From positions 55,552,001-55,616,000 of the forward strand of contig OZ024744.1 of assembly GCA_964016885.1 (NCBI GenBank): a stretch of 64,000 nt of DNA, written 5' to 3'. The notes beneath the pieces were generated by a model. It did not search any database. It was not told where the DNA came from and saw only the letters and a list, made by a program, of their open reading frames with translations. This stretch comes from Eledone cirrhosa. Its lineage: Eukaryota. Numbering within the stretch: the first letter of the stretch is position 1; each line of letters opens with the position of its first letter. This document shows, in pieces, positions 29,195-43,339 of this stretch. The position numbers were made by a program, and so were the translations under genes.

Positions 29195-29260
29195 TATTTC
29201 ATTATAGATATTTCAGGGATACCATATTAAAAATATGGCATGCCTTCGTCAGATAAAGTA
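29195..29260 (-). ncRNA. Type I hammerhead ribozyme motif (HH-1)
   Basis: Reverse complement of 29398-29463 with one stem I change. Confidence 0.7.
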
Positions 29261-29397
29261 CAATATATAACCAGTTTTATAAATAATTTTGACGTACCAT
29301 AAATATAGCGACCATAAAGGTAGGAGGCTGGCTCTTACCTTTATGGTCGCTATATTTATGGTACGTCAAAATTATTTATAAAACTGGTTATATATTG

Positions 29398-29463
29398 TAT
29401 TTTATCTGACGAAGGCATGCCATATTTTTAATATGGTATCCCTGAAATATCTATAATGAAATA
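29398..29463 (+). ncRNA. Type I hammerhead ribozyme motif (HH-1)
   Basis: tattttat-CTGACGA-[aggcatgccatatt ttt aatatggtatccct]-GAAA-tatcta-TA-atgaaata; stem I 8 bp, stem II ~13 bp, minimal stem III. Confidence 0.75.
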
Positions 29464-29509
29464 AATATGGTTTTATAAATATAGTTTCCATTTGTTTAAT
29501 ATCGTATAT

Positions 29510-29601
29510 ATATATATGTATAATATATATATATGTATTATATATGTATAATATATATATATGTATAATATATATATATGTATAATATATATATATGTAT
29601 A

Positions 29602-29635
<34 letters not shown>

Positions 29636-29713
29636 GTATTATATATGTATATATATATGTATATGTATATATATATATGTATTGTATATATATGTATATA
29701 TATATGTATTGTA

Positions 29714-29744
<31 letters not shown>

Positions 29745-29847
29745 ATGTATATATATGTATATATATGTATATGTATATATGTATATGTATGTATATATGT
29801 ATATGTGTATATGTATATATATATATATATATGTATATGTGTATATG

Positions 29848-29882
<35 letters not shown>

Positions 29883-30078
29883 GTATATATATATATATGT
29901 ATATATGTATATGTGTATATGTATATGTGTATATGTATATGTATATATGTATATGTATATGTGTATATGTATATGTGTATATGTATATGTATATGTGTAT
30001 ATGTATATGTGTATATGTATATATGTATATGTATATATGTATAATATATATATATATATATATGTATATGTATATATG

Positions 30079-30116
<38 letters not shown>

Positions 30117-30127
30117 ATATATGTATA

Positions 30128-30170
<43 letters not shown>

Positions 30171-30808
30171 ATCTAAGGCGGGTAAAATTCCCGAGATCCA
30201 TGGACGAGTTCTCTCCAGCGGTCTCTGTCCCTCATTATCGCTGCCATATCCTGCATCTCCAACAGACCAGTGTCTGTCCTTAGGGCATCAACATATGTTA
30301 ACCTTGGTCTTCCTCTTCCAGTGTGTCCATGTAGGGGCTCCCAAAGGATATATATATATACATATATATATATGTGTATATATGTATATATATATGTGTA
30401 TATATATATGTATATATATATATGTATATATATATATGTATATATATATATGTATATATATATATGTATATATATATGTGTATATATATGTGTGTATATA
30501 TATGTGTATATGTATATATATATATGTGTATATATATATATATGTGCATATATATATGTGCATATATATATATGTGTATATATATATATGTGTATATATA
30601 TATATGTGTATATATATATGTGTATATATATATATGTGTATATATATATATGTGTATATATATATATGTGTATATATATATATGTGTATATATATATGTG
30701 TGTATATATATATGTGTGTATATATATATGTGTGTATCTATATATGTGTATATATATATATGTGTATATATATATGTGTATATATATATATGTGTATATA
30801 TGTATATG

Positions 30809-30839
<31 letters not shown>

Positions 30840-30850
30840 GTATATATATA
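29510..30850. repeat. Compound (TA)n array interrupted by an RTE-C 3' fragment
   Basis: Directly visible. Confidence 0.97.
30168..30347 (-). mobile_element. 3' terminal fragment of RTE family C
   Basis: Nearly identical to 25652-25833. Confidence 0.93.
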
Positions 30851-30892
30851 CAATATTAAATAAATGGAAAACTATATTTATAAAACCATATT

Positions 30893-30958
30893 TATTTCAT
30901 TATATATATTTCGGGGATATCATATTAACAATATGCTATGCCTTCATCAGACAAAATA
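30893..30958 (-). ncRNA. Type I hammerhead ribozyme motif (HH-1b)
   Basis: Reverse complement of 32754-32819. Confidence 0.68.
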
Positions 30959-32368
30959 CAATATAAACAGTTTTATAGATAAATATATTCGACATACCGT
31001 AATAAACATCGACTTCATTTAAAGAGGTTTACTCTAGCAGTGAAAATACAGAGAGAAAGAAAGAGAGAAAAAAAAAAAGGGAGAAAAAAAGAAAGAGACA
31101 AAACGAAGAAAAGGAAGAAAAAGAAAAAGAAGAAAAGAAAAAGAAGAAATGCATGGAACAAAATAGAGAGATGGAAAAATAGATAAAGCGAAGAGCTTCA
31201 TGTAAAGAAACAGAAAGAGATATATATATAGAGAGAGAGAGGAAATAGAGATAGATACATATATATATATAGAAATTTAGTTTGATTTGTGTTTATATGA
31301 GAACTAGCCGATAAATTTTTTGATTCCTAAATCTTTGATTCCCTCTTTTTACTCTTTTTTTATTGTTTATTTTATTTTATTTATTTTTATTTTTATTTTT
31401 ATCTAAACATTCCTCATGAAAAATTAAGCTACCCTAAAAGCCGATGCTCCAAATTTTTTGAATTAACCTTACACTAGATAAACTTCTATATTAAATATAG
31501 GAACATATGTAGACATAATTGGACTTCATAATCTTTTTGAGATGTTCTTTGCTAGATGTGATTTGATAGATAATTTTTGGCTTTGTCTTGTAATGAACTT
31601 GGCAATATATTGTCAATTAACTTTGAAGGGTTGTTCTTTGTGGTTTATTTTTATTTTTATTTTTATTTTTATTTTTATTTTTATTTTTATTTTTATTTTT
31701 ATTTTTATTCTTTTAGTATTGTAGTATTCTATAATATTTTTTATTTTTTATTTTTATTTTATTTTTAATATTTTTAATATCTTTAATATGTAAATTTTTA
31801 ATACGTAATATTTTTTAATACGTAGTATTTTTAATATGCAATATTTTTATTATGTAATATTCTTTCGTAATATATAATTTTTTTAGTTTTCTATTCTATA
31901 TTTTTACTTATTATTATCATTATTGTTATCTTTTTATTTTTAGTTTTGTTTATAATATAATATATATTTTTGATTGGTATATTGAAATCTGCTCTCTATT
32001 TCTGCTTGATAGATAATCTTGTAGAGTAATCGCAAGAATAATAATACGCTCAAATTTTTATACCACATTGACAATGTTTTCCGGTAACCTAGAGTTTGCA
32101 GAGTGAATCAGTTGGATTCACATTGATGTTTGTAGCTGTCACATAAACATATGAATTTTTTAAAACTAAACATAAGATAATGAATTTTCACACATTATGG
32201 ATACTTGTTTCATTCAGGAATACTGATATTTACAATATAGTGTAAGTTTTATAAATACTAATACATTAAAACATAGGGTTTTCTACGCCTCGAATATGTC
32301 TGGCTATTTTTAAATTTTTTTCTCTCTCTATATCTCTCTATATATCTCCCTTACATTAATACTTGAGC

Positions 32369-32399
<31 letters not shown>

Positions 32400-32753
32400 A
32401 TGTATCATTGATACACTTACTCAAAATGACCTCCCACTACCTAATTTTCTATATATATATATATGTATCTATCTCTATTTCCTCTCTCTATATATATATA
32501 TCTCTTTCTGTTTCTTTACATGAAGCTCTTCGCTTTATCTATTTTTCCATCTCTCTGTTTTGTTCCATGCATTTCTTCTTTTTCTTTTCTTCTTTTTCTT
32601 CCTTTTCTTCGTTTTGTCTCTTTCTTTTTTTCTCCCTTTTTTTTTTCTCTTTCTTTCTCTCTGTATTTTCACTGCTAGAGTAAACCTCTTCAAATGAAGT
32701 CGATGTTTATTACGGTATGTCGAATATATTTATCTATAAAACTGTTTATATTG

Positions 32754-32819
32754 TATTTTGTCTGATGAAGGCATAGCATATTGTTAATATGATATCCCCG
32801 AAATATATATAATGAAATA
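32754..32819 (+). ncRNA. Type I hammerhead ribozyme motif (HH-1b)
   Basis: tattttgt-CTGATGA-[aggcatagcatatt gtt aatatgatatcccc]-GAAA-tatata-TA-atgaaata; palindromic stem III loop. Confidence 0.68.
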
Positions 32820-32969
32820 AATATGGTTTTATAAATATAGTTTTCCATTTATTTAATATTGTAAATATACTCCAAATATTTGTCGAGTGCTTTTATATCA
32901 GTTATAAATATTTACTAGTTGTAACCCAACAATTTTAAATATAACTTTACATGTATGTATATATATATG

Positions 32970-33001
<32 letters not shown>

Positions 33002-33003
<2 letters not shown>

Positions 33004-34248
33004 AAGACCAAAGTACTAGTTTGTAGGAAAGAAAACAAGGCGGCGGTCCCTTCTGGGAAATGGTCGTGCTCGGTGTGTAGGAAAGGCGTAGGTAGAAACT
33101 CCATTTTATGTCCTAAATGCAAAGTATGGGTGCATAAAAGATGTAGTGGGATCACAGGTAAGCTAACTAAGAACATAGATTTTACATGTGGCCGGTGCTC
33201 TGGTGCAATAAGTAGCAGCAACTGCCCACAAACTACTAGCTCTTTCAATTGCGCAGAGGGTTCTATAGAAATAGTGGACAGCTTCCGTTACCTGGGCGAT
33301 AAAATCAGCAGTGGGGGAGGGTGCTCTGAAAGTACTGTAGCTAGAGTCAGAACTGGTTGGAAAAAGTTCAGAGAGCTTATACCACTATTAGCTGCTAAAG
33401 GGTTCTCACTAAAAATGAAAGGCAGGTTGTACGATGCCTGCATACGAACAGCAATGCTGCATGGCAGTGAGACCTGGGCATTGTGTGCAGAGGATATACG
33501 CAGACTAGAGAGGAACGAAGCTTGCATGCTCCGCTGGATGTGTAACAGTAATATACGTGAACGGCAAAGCATAAACGAACTAAGGAATAAATTAGAGATA
33601 AGAGGGATCAGATGTTGTTTACTCGAGAGAAGGCTACGTTGGTATGGACACGTGATGCGCATGAAAGTCGATAGCTGTATAACAAAGTGCAGGGCAATAA
33701 AGATAGGCGGTAGTCTCGGAATAGGCAGACCTAGAAAAACCTGGGACGAGCTGATAAACTCCGACATCACACACTTACACCTCTCCAAGACAATGTCACT
33801 GGACCGAGACCTTTGGCGGTACTCAGTAACAGAGAAGACCCGCCTTACCTAAATATATAGTAAAACCTACTCCAGCCAGTAGGCATCTCTAACAAAATAC
33901 ACCCCGTCCCACCACCCCCACCCCCACCCCATCCACACCACCCCGTTCTATGTAAAGTTATGTTGGTGCCGCACCATCGAGGCCGAAACAAATGAGATCG
34001 TGTAGGTGTCACGACAAAAAAACACACAGTCCACGCTGTAATGTGGCCGTGTAGGCAACACGGTAAAAACCTCCCAGACCCACACTGTAAATGTGGTTGG
34101 TGTTAGGAAGGGCATCCAACTGTAGAAAACCTGCCAGACAGTCCTATGCGAGCAAGACAATCACTCTTGCCTCAAGTGGGACTACCCCCGTCCAAACCCA
34201 TGCAAGCGTGGAACACGGACGTTAAACGTTGATGATGATGATGATGAT
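33002..34248 (+). mobile_element. RTE family B 3' part, open frame 33002-33852 plus ~390-bp 3' UTR and (GAT)n tail
   Basis: PHD-like finger, FRYLGD, RLRWYGHV, GRPRKTW. Confidence 0.93.
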
Positions 34249-34265
34249 GTATATATATGTATATG

Positions 34266-34312
<47 letters not shown>

Positions 34313-34354
34313 GTATATGTATATATATATATATGTATATATATGTATATGTAT

Positions 34355-34422
<68 letters not shown>

Positions 34423-34511
34423 ATATGTATATATGTATATATATATATATGTATATATGTATATATATATATATGTATATATGTATATATATATGTATAT
34501 ATGTATATATG

Positions 34512-34542
<31 letters not shown>

Positions 34543-34724
34543 GTATATATATATATGTATATATGTATATATATATGTATATATATATATGTATATATAT
34601 GTATATATATATATATGTATATATATATATGTATATATATGTATATATATATATATGTATATATATATATGTATATATATGTATATATGTATGTATATAT
34701 GTATATGTATATATGTATATATGT

Positions 34725-34774
<50 letters not shown>

Positions 34775-34821
34775 ATATGTATATATGTATATGTATATAT
34801 GTATATATATATATGTATATG

Positions 34822-34866
<45 letters not shown>

Positions 34867-34942
34867 GTATATATATATATGTATGTATATATATATATGT
34901 ATATATGTATATATATATGTATGTATGTATATGTATGTATGT

Positions 34943-34983
<41 letters not shown>

Positions 34984-35035
34984 TATGTATGTATATGTAT
35001 GTATGTATATATATATATGTATGTATATATGTATG

Positions 35036-35067
<32 letters not shown>

Positions 35068-35137
35068 TATGTATATATATATATGTATATATATATGTAT
35101 ATATATATGTATATATATATATGTATATATATATATG

Positions 35138-35210
<73 letters not shown>

Positions 35211-35282
35211 GTATATGTATGTATGTATATATATATATATGTATATATATATATGTATATATATATGTATATATATATATGT

Positions 35283-35344
<62 letters not shown>

Positions 35345-35423
35345 GTATATGTGTGTATGTATATATATGTGTGTATGTATATATATGTATGTATGTATGT
35401 ATATGTATGTATGTATATATATG

Positions 35424-35494
<71 letters not shown>

Positions 35495-35617
35495 GTATAT
35501 ATATGTATGTATGTATATATATGTATGTATGTATATATATGTATGTATGTATATATATGTATGTATGTATATATATGTATGTATGTATATATATGTATGT
35601 ATGTATATGTATGTATG

Positions 35618-35649
<32 letters not shown>

Positions 35650-35895
35650 TGTATGTATGTATGTATATGTATGTATGTATGTATATGTATGTATGTATGT
35701 ATGTATGTATATATATGTATGTATGTATATATATGTATGTATGTATATATATGTATGTATGTATATATATGTATGTATGTATATATATGTATGTATGTAT
35801 ATGTATGTATATATATGTATGTATGTATATGTATGTATGTATATGTATGTATATGTATGTATGTATGTATATGTATGTATGTATGTATATATATG

Positions 35896-35934
<39 letters not shown>

Positions 35935-36146
35935 GTATATGTATGTATGTATGTATATGTATGTATGTATATATATATATATATGTATGTATATATATAT
36001 ATGTGTGTATATATATATATGTGTGTGTATATATATATATGTGTGTGTATATATATATATGTGTGTGTATATATATATATGTGTGTATATGTTTATATAT
36101 GTATATGTATAATATATATATAATATATGTATAATATATATATATA
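34249..36146. repeat. 1.9-kb compound (TA)n/(TATG)n array
   Basis: Directly visible. Confidence 0.98.
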
Positions 36147-36878
36147 TCATCATCATCAGGTTTAGCGTCCGTGTTCCACGCTTGCATGGGTTTGGACGGG
36201 GGTTTTCCCACTTGAGGCAAGAGTGGTTGTCTTGCTCGCATAGGACTGTCTGGCGGGTTTTCTACAGTTGGATGCCCTTCCTAACACCAACCACATTTAC
36301 AGTGTGGGGCTGGGAGGTTTTTACCGTGTTGCCTACACGGCCACATTACAGCGTGGACTGTCTGGCGGGTTTTCTACAGCTGGATGCCCTTCCTAACACC
36401 AACCACATTTACAGTGTGGGGCTGGGAGGTTTTTACCGTGTTGCCTACACGGCCACATTTACAGCGTGGACTGTGTGTTTTTTGTCGTGACACCTACACG
36501 ATCTCATTTGTTTCGGCCTGGATGTTGTGGGACCAACATAACTGTACATTGAAAGGGGCGGTGTGGATGGGGTGGAGGTGGTGGGACGGGGGGGTGTTTT
36601 GATAGAGATGCCTACTGTAGTAGGTTTTTACTTTGTATTTAGGTAAGGCGGGTCTTCTCTATTACTGAGTACCGCCAAAGGTCTCGGTCCAGTGACATTG
36701 TCTTGGAGAGGTGTAAGCGTGTGAGGTCGGAATTTATCAGCTCGTCCCATGTTTTTCTGGGTCTGCCTACTCCGTGGCTACCGTCTATCTTTATTGCCCT
36801 GCACTTTGTTATACAGCTGTCGTCTTTCATGCGCATCACGTGACCGTACCAACGTAGCCTTCTCTCGAGTAAACAACA
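36147..36878 (-). mobile_element. RTE family B 3' fragment with a 112-bp internal tandem duplication
   Basis: Reverse complement of 33612-34248; 36243-36354 is repeated from 36355. Confidence 0.92.
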
Positions 36879-37480
36879 ATATATGTATAATATATATATA
36901 ATATATGTATAATATATATATATATATATGTATAATATATATATATATATATATGTATAATATATATATATATATATATGTATAATATATATATATATAT
37001 ATGTATAATATATATATATATATGTATAATATATATATATATATGTATAATATATATATATATATGTATAATATATATATATGTAGAATATATATATATG
37101 TAGAATATATATATATATGTAGAATATATATATATATATATATGTAGAATATATATATATATATATATGTAGAATATATATATATATATATATGTAGAAT
37201 ATATATATATTTATATATTATATATATATTTATATATTATATATATATTTATATTTATATATTATATATATATTATTTATACATTATATATTATTTATAC
37301 ATTATATATTATTTATATATATATTATGTATATATTATATATATATTATGTATATATTATATATATATTATGTATATATTATATATATATTATGTATATA
37401 TTATATGTATATTATATGTATATTATATGTATATATTATATATATTATATATTATATTTTATATATATTATATATATATA
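36879..37480. repeat. Compound TGTATAA(TA)n / TGTAGAA(TA)n / ATT-rich array
   Basis: Directly visible. Confidence 0.97.
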
Positions 37481-39803
37481 ACTTTGATAACTTTGATAGG
37501 TATCGGCCAGTATTGGCCCAGGCCATGTCTAACTTAATAGCACCACCTGGCGAAGTCTTACAAATCAGTGTTTGGGCACCATGGCCCACTCGAGAAGAGA
37601 GTTATTGTTTACGGAGGCATATCCGGGTGTAGGAGCCTTATCCGGGATTTCTTGAAGGAATTTATCCAAAGACTCCTTGAACTTGATGTGGTCTTTCTAT
37701 GCTTTGATGTGTTTTGGTGTAATGTTAAAGAGTGCAGGGCCAATTGAGGTGAAATAATTGTGCCCTATTGTTGTTATGTGATGCGAGTGGGATTTTTGTC
37801 GTGGGCGGATAGCACGGTGCCCAAGCCTTGGGTGTACACTAAAGGTGATGCCAACATCATTTGGGCTAAGCTGATGGAATATTTTCCACATCATACAGAT
37901 AATGTAGCGCTCACGGCGATGTTGAAGAGAATAAAGTTTGAGCTTTTCTAAACGACCCCAATAGTCGAGGCCTGTCATGCCAACTATCTTTTTGGTAATT
38001 GACCTTTGGAGTGCTTCAACTTTCATGATACTTTGTTTCGTTTGAGGTGACCACAGTGGACAACAGTATTCAAGGTGGGGTCGGGCAAAAGTGGAGAAGA
38101 GAAGGACAACAGTGTGGATATCTCTCGACTGGAAAGTTCTGAGAATCCAGGAACACATTCTGCAGGCCATATCAACTTTGCTGTTTGTATGAGTGGCCCC
38201 ACTTATATTGTTGTCCACAATTACTCCAGGTCTATGATGTTATTGGAAGCCACTAGTGTTTCACCCAAAGGAAGAGAGTATGGTAGTTTCAAGGCATCCT
38301 TTTTTCCAAAGTGGATTAGTTCAAATTTATCCTCATTCAACAGCATATTATTCATCTCTGCCCATTGGATAACAGCCAGTAGGTCTGACTGAAGGCAAGT
38401 CCGGTCACCCACCTCATTGATGACCCTTTGGAGCTTGGAATCATCTGCGAAGATTCTGATGTTACTGTGTTTGATGATATCAGTAATGTCATTAATGTAG
38501 ATGATGAAAAGAAGTTGGCCCAACACAGTGCCTTATGGGACGCCACTGCTGACTTTGGCAGGGCTGATTTTACTCCTTCGACTACAACATGCTTGGTTCT
38601 GCCTGTCAGGAAACATTTGATCCACTGTAGTAAAGACACCAACATTGGATAGTTTTTTTCAGTAGAATCTTATGATCAATCCTGTCGAAGGCCTTGCTGA
38701 AATCAAGGTAGATGACATCAGTGTTGGAGCCCTCTCCCAAGGCTCTCAAAACATCGTCAAAGTGATGCAGGAGCTGCGTTAAGCAGTCTCTTCCATTACG
38801 GAACCCATGTTGGTTGGAGTTCAGCAGGCCGTTGCTTTCAAGAAAGTGGGTTATTCGTGATCTCGCCACCCTCTCAAATACCTTGATAATATGAGAGGTG
38901 AGTGAGATCGGATGGTAGTTCACTGCAAGGGACTTATTTCCCTTTTTGAAGAGTGGGACAGAAAGTTTTCAGGAATATAGCCAGTGCCCAGTGAGTTCCT
39001 CCATGGATTAGCAAGAGGAGTTGCAAGTTGGTGTCGACACACTTTCAGGACACAAGCAGGGAACCTGTCGGGGCCTACTGCTGAATTGTGTTTGATGTCT
39101 TAGCGACAATAAAAGAAATTAGAGGCGCCAAACGTTATGTCTGATATAGTGTGTTGGGGGTTAATATCACTGATACGGCCCAGATCGGCCATATCAGGAT
39201 TGCTGAAAACAGAGCAGTATTGTTTCTGCAGTATCTCACCCATGGTTTTGGCATTGTCCTGGAGTGTGCCATTTTCATCAACTAGGGGGCCAAAGTGGAG
39301 ATAGTGACCTTGTGCTTTTTAGCGAATGAGAACACTTTGGGGTTGAGTTTGATTTTCTCAATGGCCCACCTCTCTTCAGCTATTCTCTGGTCATCATGCA
39401 TTGCTGGAGGTTATATTTTTTTGACTCAAGCAGGATGATAGCCATTGAATGTGTGTTGCTGTTGGCAGTATTTTAGTGTGTGAATTTTTTTGTTTGTTCT
39501 TTTTATTTTTCTGATAATTGTTTTTCTGTTTTGAGGGATACTGCACTTGGTTTTGTTCACAGGTTTTGGTGGGGTGTGTTTTGTACATATATTTGTGACA
39601 GTGTCTACAAAGATCTGCTAAGATGTTTTGATGTTGGTAGAAGTGTGTGTGTGTGTGTAAAAGACCAGTCGACATGTGATAGTTCATTCATAATTGCATC
39701 CCAGTTGGCATTGTAGAGATCCATGTTATCAAATGGGTGGGCTGGAGAGAGGACCCTGGGAGTAGCTTTCGGCTGGTGGAATCTCAGGTTACAAAGAACC
39801 ATG

Positions 39804-39869
<66 letters not shown>

Positions 39870-40880
39870 GTGTGTTGTTGGAGTTGTTGTTGTTTCTGGT
39901 GGCATCCACTGAGTTGTGTTGAAATCTGGTGGCATCCACTGAGATATATATATATATATATATATACATATATAGACACACATGGTGGCTGCCAACTCGT
40001 TTTCGAGTACGGCCACTACTTTATATCCATGTAGGAGAACCCCAACCGATACGCTGAACGAGTGTGACTTTTTAGTCCAGCCAGCGACTTGAAAACTCTG
40101 GTACAAACACTACACCTGTGACAATTATTGACACATAGTGCTGGGCCCATGGTACCATGTGACAAGTGCAGAGAGATCTCCAGATATAAAGCAATGCCTG
40201 TGCCGTGAAGCTTTTATAGTGAGCAAAGGCACTGCACAAAGCCAGTCCCACTCTCTTAACCAAGATGATATTTACCAAAAAGAAGAACAAGTCAACATCA
40301 TTGGATACCATCAGGGTTGCAGGTGTTATATCAGAGTTTTCCTTCTCCTAGAATTCTGCCTTGACAAAGGCTAAGGGGGTCATCTCTCCCGGTGATTTTG
40401 GATGGCCATTGACTCTTAAGAGCTCCTTTGCCCTTTGACAGGTTTTGCTTTTAGTCCTGCAGGATGTCCAAAGTCACCCTCCTCACCAAGAAATCTTGGT
40501 GGGGTTGCCAGTTTAGTTGCCAACGACCCGACCATGAGACAGGTTGTACTGAAATACATGTTACCAGTAGCACCAACTGGTGACCTGACTGACACACATA
40601 CATATATACACACACATTCAACACAGAGAAAGGAGTTCGGAGTTTGTCAACAGGTCAGACACCTTAGTGTAGATAGGGTAATGACTTACGTGGTGGTGGC
40701 TGGGAGCGAGTGAAGCTGTTATTGTGGTGGCGGGAGGGCAGTGAGATGTATCAAGTTCATAGTTCACTTGTCCCTTTTCCTCTCTTTTCAAAATTTGAAT
40801 TCATGGCCATTTTGCAATGAGGGACAAGTAAACGTAAAATGTAAAATTTTAAATAGAGATTGCTCTGGAAAAATATATGG
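37481..40880 (-). mobile_element. CR1-group LINE copy 2, longer and degenerate, interrupted by (TA)n at 39806-39975
   Basis: Homologous to 8972-10872 over ~1.9 kb with the same 3' terminus; frameshifted RT fragments; upstream sequence extends toward the endonuclease region (5' boundary approximate). Confidence 0.85.
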
Positions 40881-40917
<37 letters not shown>

Positions 40918-40944
40918 TATATCATACATGGCTTACACATGGCA

Positions 40945-42260
40945 CACAAGGCATCATATAACCGGCATTTTGTACGCAGGGAGAAACCCTTCTTTGTCAG
41001 CAGAGGAAGGAACTCCCTAAGCTTCTTCCAACCCGTCCTTATTCTAGATACTATGGCCTCGGAACGCCCCCTCCCATGCTAATCTGATCTCCTAGATACT
41101 GGAAGCTATCAACCACTTCTATAGCACCCACCTGCATTTGAAAAATGTGTCTATCAATGCGACTTCTACTGTCTAATTTCCCTGTACATCTACTGCATAC
41201 GTACTTCTCCCTACCTGTTAGTTTGCCTACTATCCCACTACATCTCTTGCGTACCCAAGATCTACATTGTGTGCATTTTATAGAATGTATGCCAGTTCCT
41301 TTTCTGCATATCGAACATGGCCATTTCCCTGACGGAATCAGAGTTCTGTCCTCTTTTCTACTCATCAACACTCTTGTCTTAGCTAGGTTCACTCTCAGTC
41401 CTCTTGATTCCAAATGTTGTTTCCATAGCCAGAATTTATTCTCTAGCTCCTCTACTGATTCTGCTATAAGAACCAGATCGTCAGCATAGAGAAGTTCCCA
41501 TGGACAGCCAGTCTTAAATTCCTCTGTTATGGCTTGGAGGACTATAATGAACAAGAGCTGGCTGAGGACCGAACCCTGATGTACCCCTACTTGTATCTGG
41601 AATTCCTCACTAAACTCCATTCCTACCCTCACTTTACTGACAGCACCTCTGTACAAAGTTTGCACTGTCCTCAAACCATTCCTCAACACCTAGTTTCCTT
41701 AGGGACCACCAGATGACAGATCGGGGTACCTTATCAAAGGCCTTCTCTAGGTCAACAAAAGCTACGTATAGTGGCTTATTCATCTCTAAGAACCTCTCTT
41801 GTAGTTGCCTCCCTAAGAAGAACATTCCCGTCGCAGAACATTGGCTAACCTCCTACTCTCAGCCTCCCTGCGTGCTAAATACACCTGACGTCTAGCTTCT
41901 CTCTTAGCGGCTGTTTATCCTTACCTACTCCCACCCTTTTTCCAAGCCTTCCATGCTAGTCTTTTGTCTCTAATGGCCCTATCTACTGTGCTGTTCCACC
42001 ACCAGGTCACTCTCTGTCTGGTTGGAGCTCTGCTCCAGCCACAAGTTTCATCAGGAGCCTCCAGTAAGTTGTCACGTAAGAAATTCCAGTTATCATCAAT
42101 GTCATACGACTCTAAATCGTCTTTTTTTTCGTCATACACATCTTGAAGGGCTTTCCTAGATTTGTATTTTAGTGAAAGGTCTTTTAGCTTCCAGACCTTT
42201 CTTCTCCACACCTTCCTGTATGTCTCCTTCCGTTTCTTGCTTACTGAGATATTACTAACG
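40945..42260 (-). mobile_element. RTE family A copy 2, truncated at both ends, with a ~600-bp internal deletion near 41825
   Basis: High similarity to 19895-20775 joined to 21365-21798. Confidence 0.92.
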
Positions 42261-42802
42261 CAGTTATTGCGATATATATTTATTGCTGTGCTCATAATTG
42301 TTTTAGCATTGATACACTAGTTAGATGCCCTTCCTAACACCAGTGCCACTTTACAGCATGGACTGGGTGCTTTTATTCGTGCCACCAGCACTAGAGAGGA
42401 TGTCTTACTGGTCTCATGGGCCCTCTCTACCCCTCCATTTTACCGCATGGTCATAACAATAATAATAATAACACTATTATTAATTATTAATTAATGCAAT
42501 CGTGCAATGCCTGTGGATGAAGAATATTTTTTTAAAGTGAGGAAAGACTATGCACTGAGCCAATCCGACTCTCTGAGCGACAGTAACTATAACCTGAAAA
42601 GAAGAAAGGTCAACATCATCGGTAACTACTGAGCCGCAGGTTTTATGTCAGAGTTAACCCAGTTTCCTAAGATGACTTGTCCTAGAAGAATGCTCTCACA
42701 AGGGCTAGGGTACCTTCACTCCCAGTGGTTTAACTGTGTGATCGGGTATGCAGCCCAATTATTGCTATGTCGTCGTCGTCCCCCCCCCCAAATATTTATA
42801 TA

Positions 42803-42845
<43 letters not shown>

Positions 42846-43120
42846 GAGAGGTATAGAGATTGTTTTAGCAAGAAGCTAACGGCATTCTATAACATATATG
42901 CGACTATAACGTCAAGATGGGAAAAGTAGTTAACGAAAGATTTAGGAAAAATAACTCAAACTCATCTCAAAAGAGAATCAGGATATAAATTCATCCACAG
43001 AATTTAGTAAAATCCAGGGAAAAATCTATAGACCTTTAACTCATGATAAAATAAAGTTTGAAACACTTATCCTTCAATTTGGAATAACATCAAATGCTCT
43101 GTATAGTCTTAAAAGACTAT

Positions 43121-43230
43121 GAAAAAGTATGACCCCGGCGGCAGAGCTCAAGCTGTTTCGACGGCTATTTCTGGATTCAGAAATAGCTGTCGAAACGGCT
43201 TGAGCTCTGCCGTCGGGGTCATACTTTTTC
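43121..43230. repeat. 110-bp GC-rich palindrome containing the 3' half of a hammerhead-like motif
   Basis: 53-bp arms with 3 mismatches and a GATT loop; right arm reads GAAA-cggc-ttgagctct-gccg-TC-gggg. Confidence 0.85.
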
Positions 43231-43339
43231 CTATTTCCCACTCTACTACCCTAAGTTTGGATTACTCTGGTGCGTTATGGTCCATCTGGTTCCTTACCAC
43301 AATTCCTTTGTTATATGTATATATATATATTTATATTTA

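Larger units (their letters stand above)
29062..29509. mobile_element. Fold-back element (~178-bp arms, 5-nt loop) with a hammerhead motif in each arm; family HH-1
   Basis: 29149-29326 is the near-perfect reverse complement of 29332-29509; one-sided extension 29062-29148. Confidence 0.9.
30849..32951. mobile_element. 2.1-kb non-coding element with ~425-bp inverted arms, each carrying a hammerhead (HH-1 relative)
   Basis: 30849-31275 is the reverse complement of ~32446-32863; the extension 32864-32951 is homologous to the reverse complement of 29062-29148. Confidence 0.9.

Noticed and set aside
30849-32863. DNA transposon with long TIRs
   Set aside because: No transposase remnant; arms are asymmetric with a one-sided tail and carry hammerhead motifs, which fits a PLE-type inversion better
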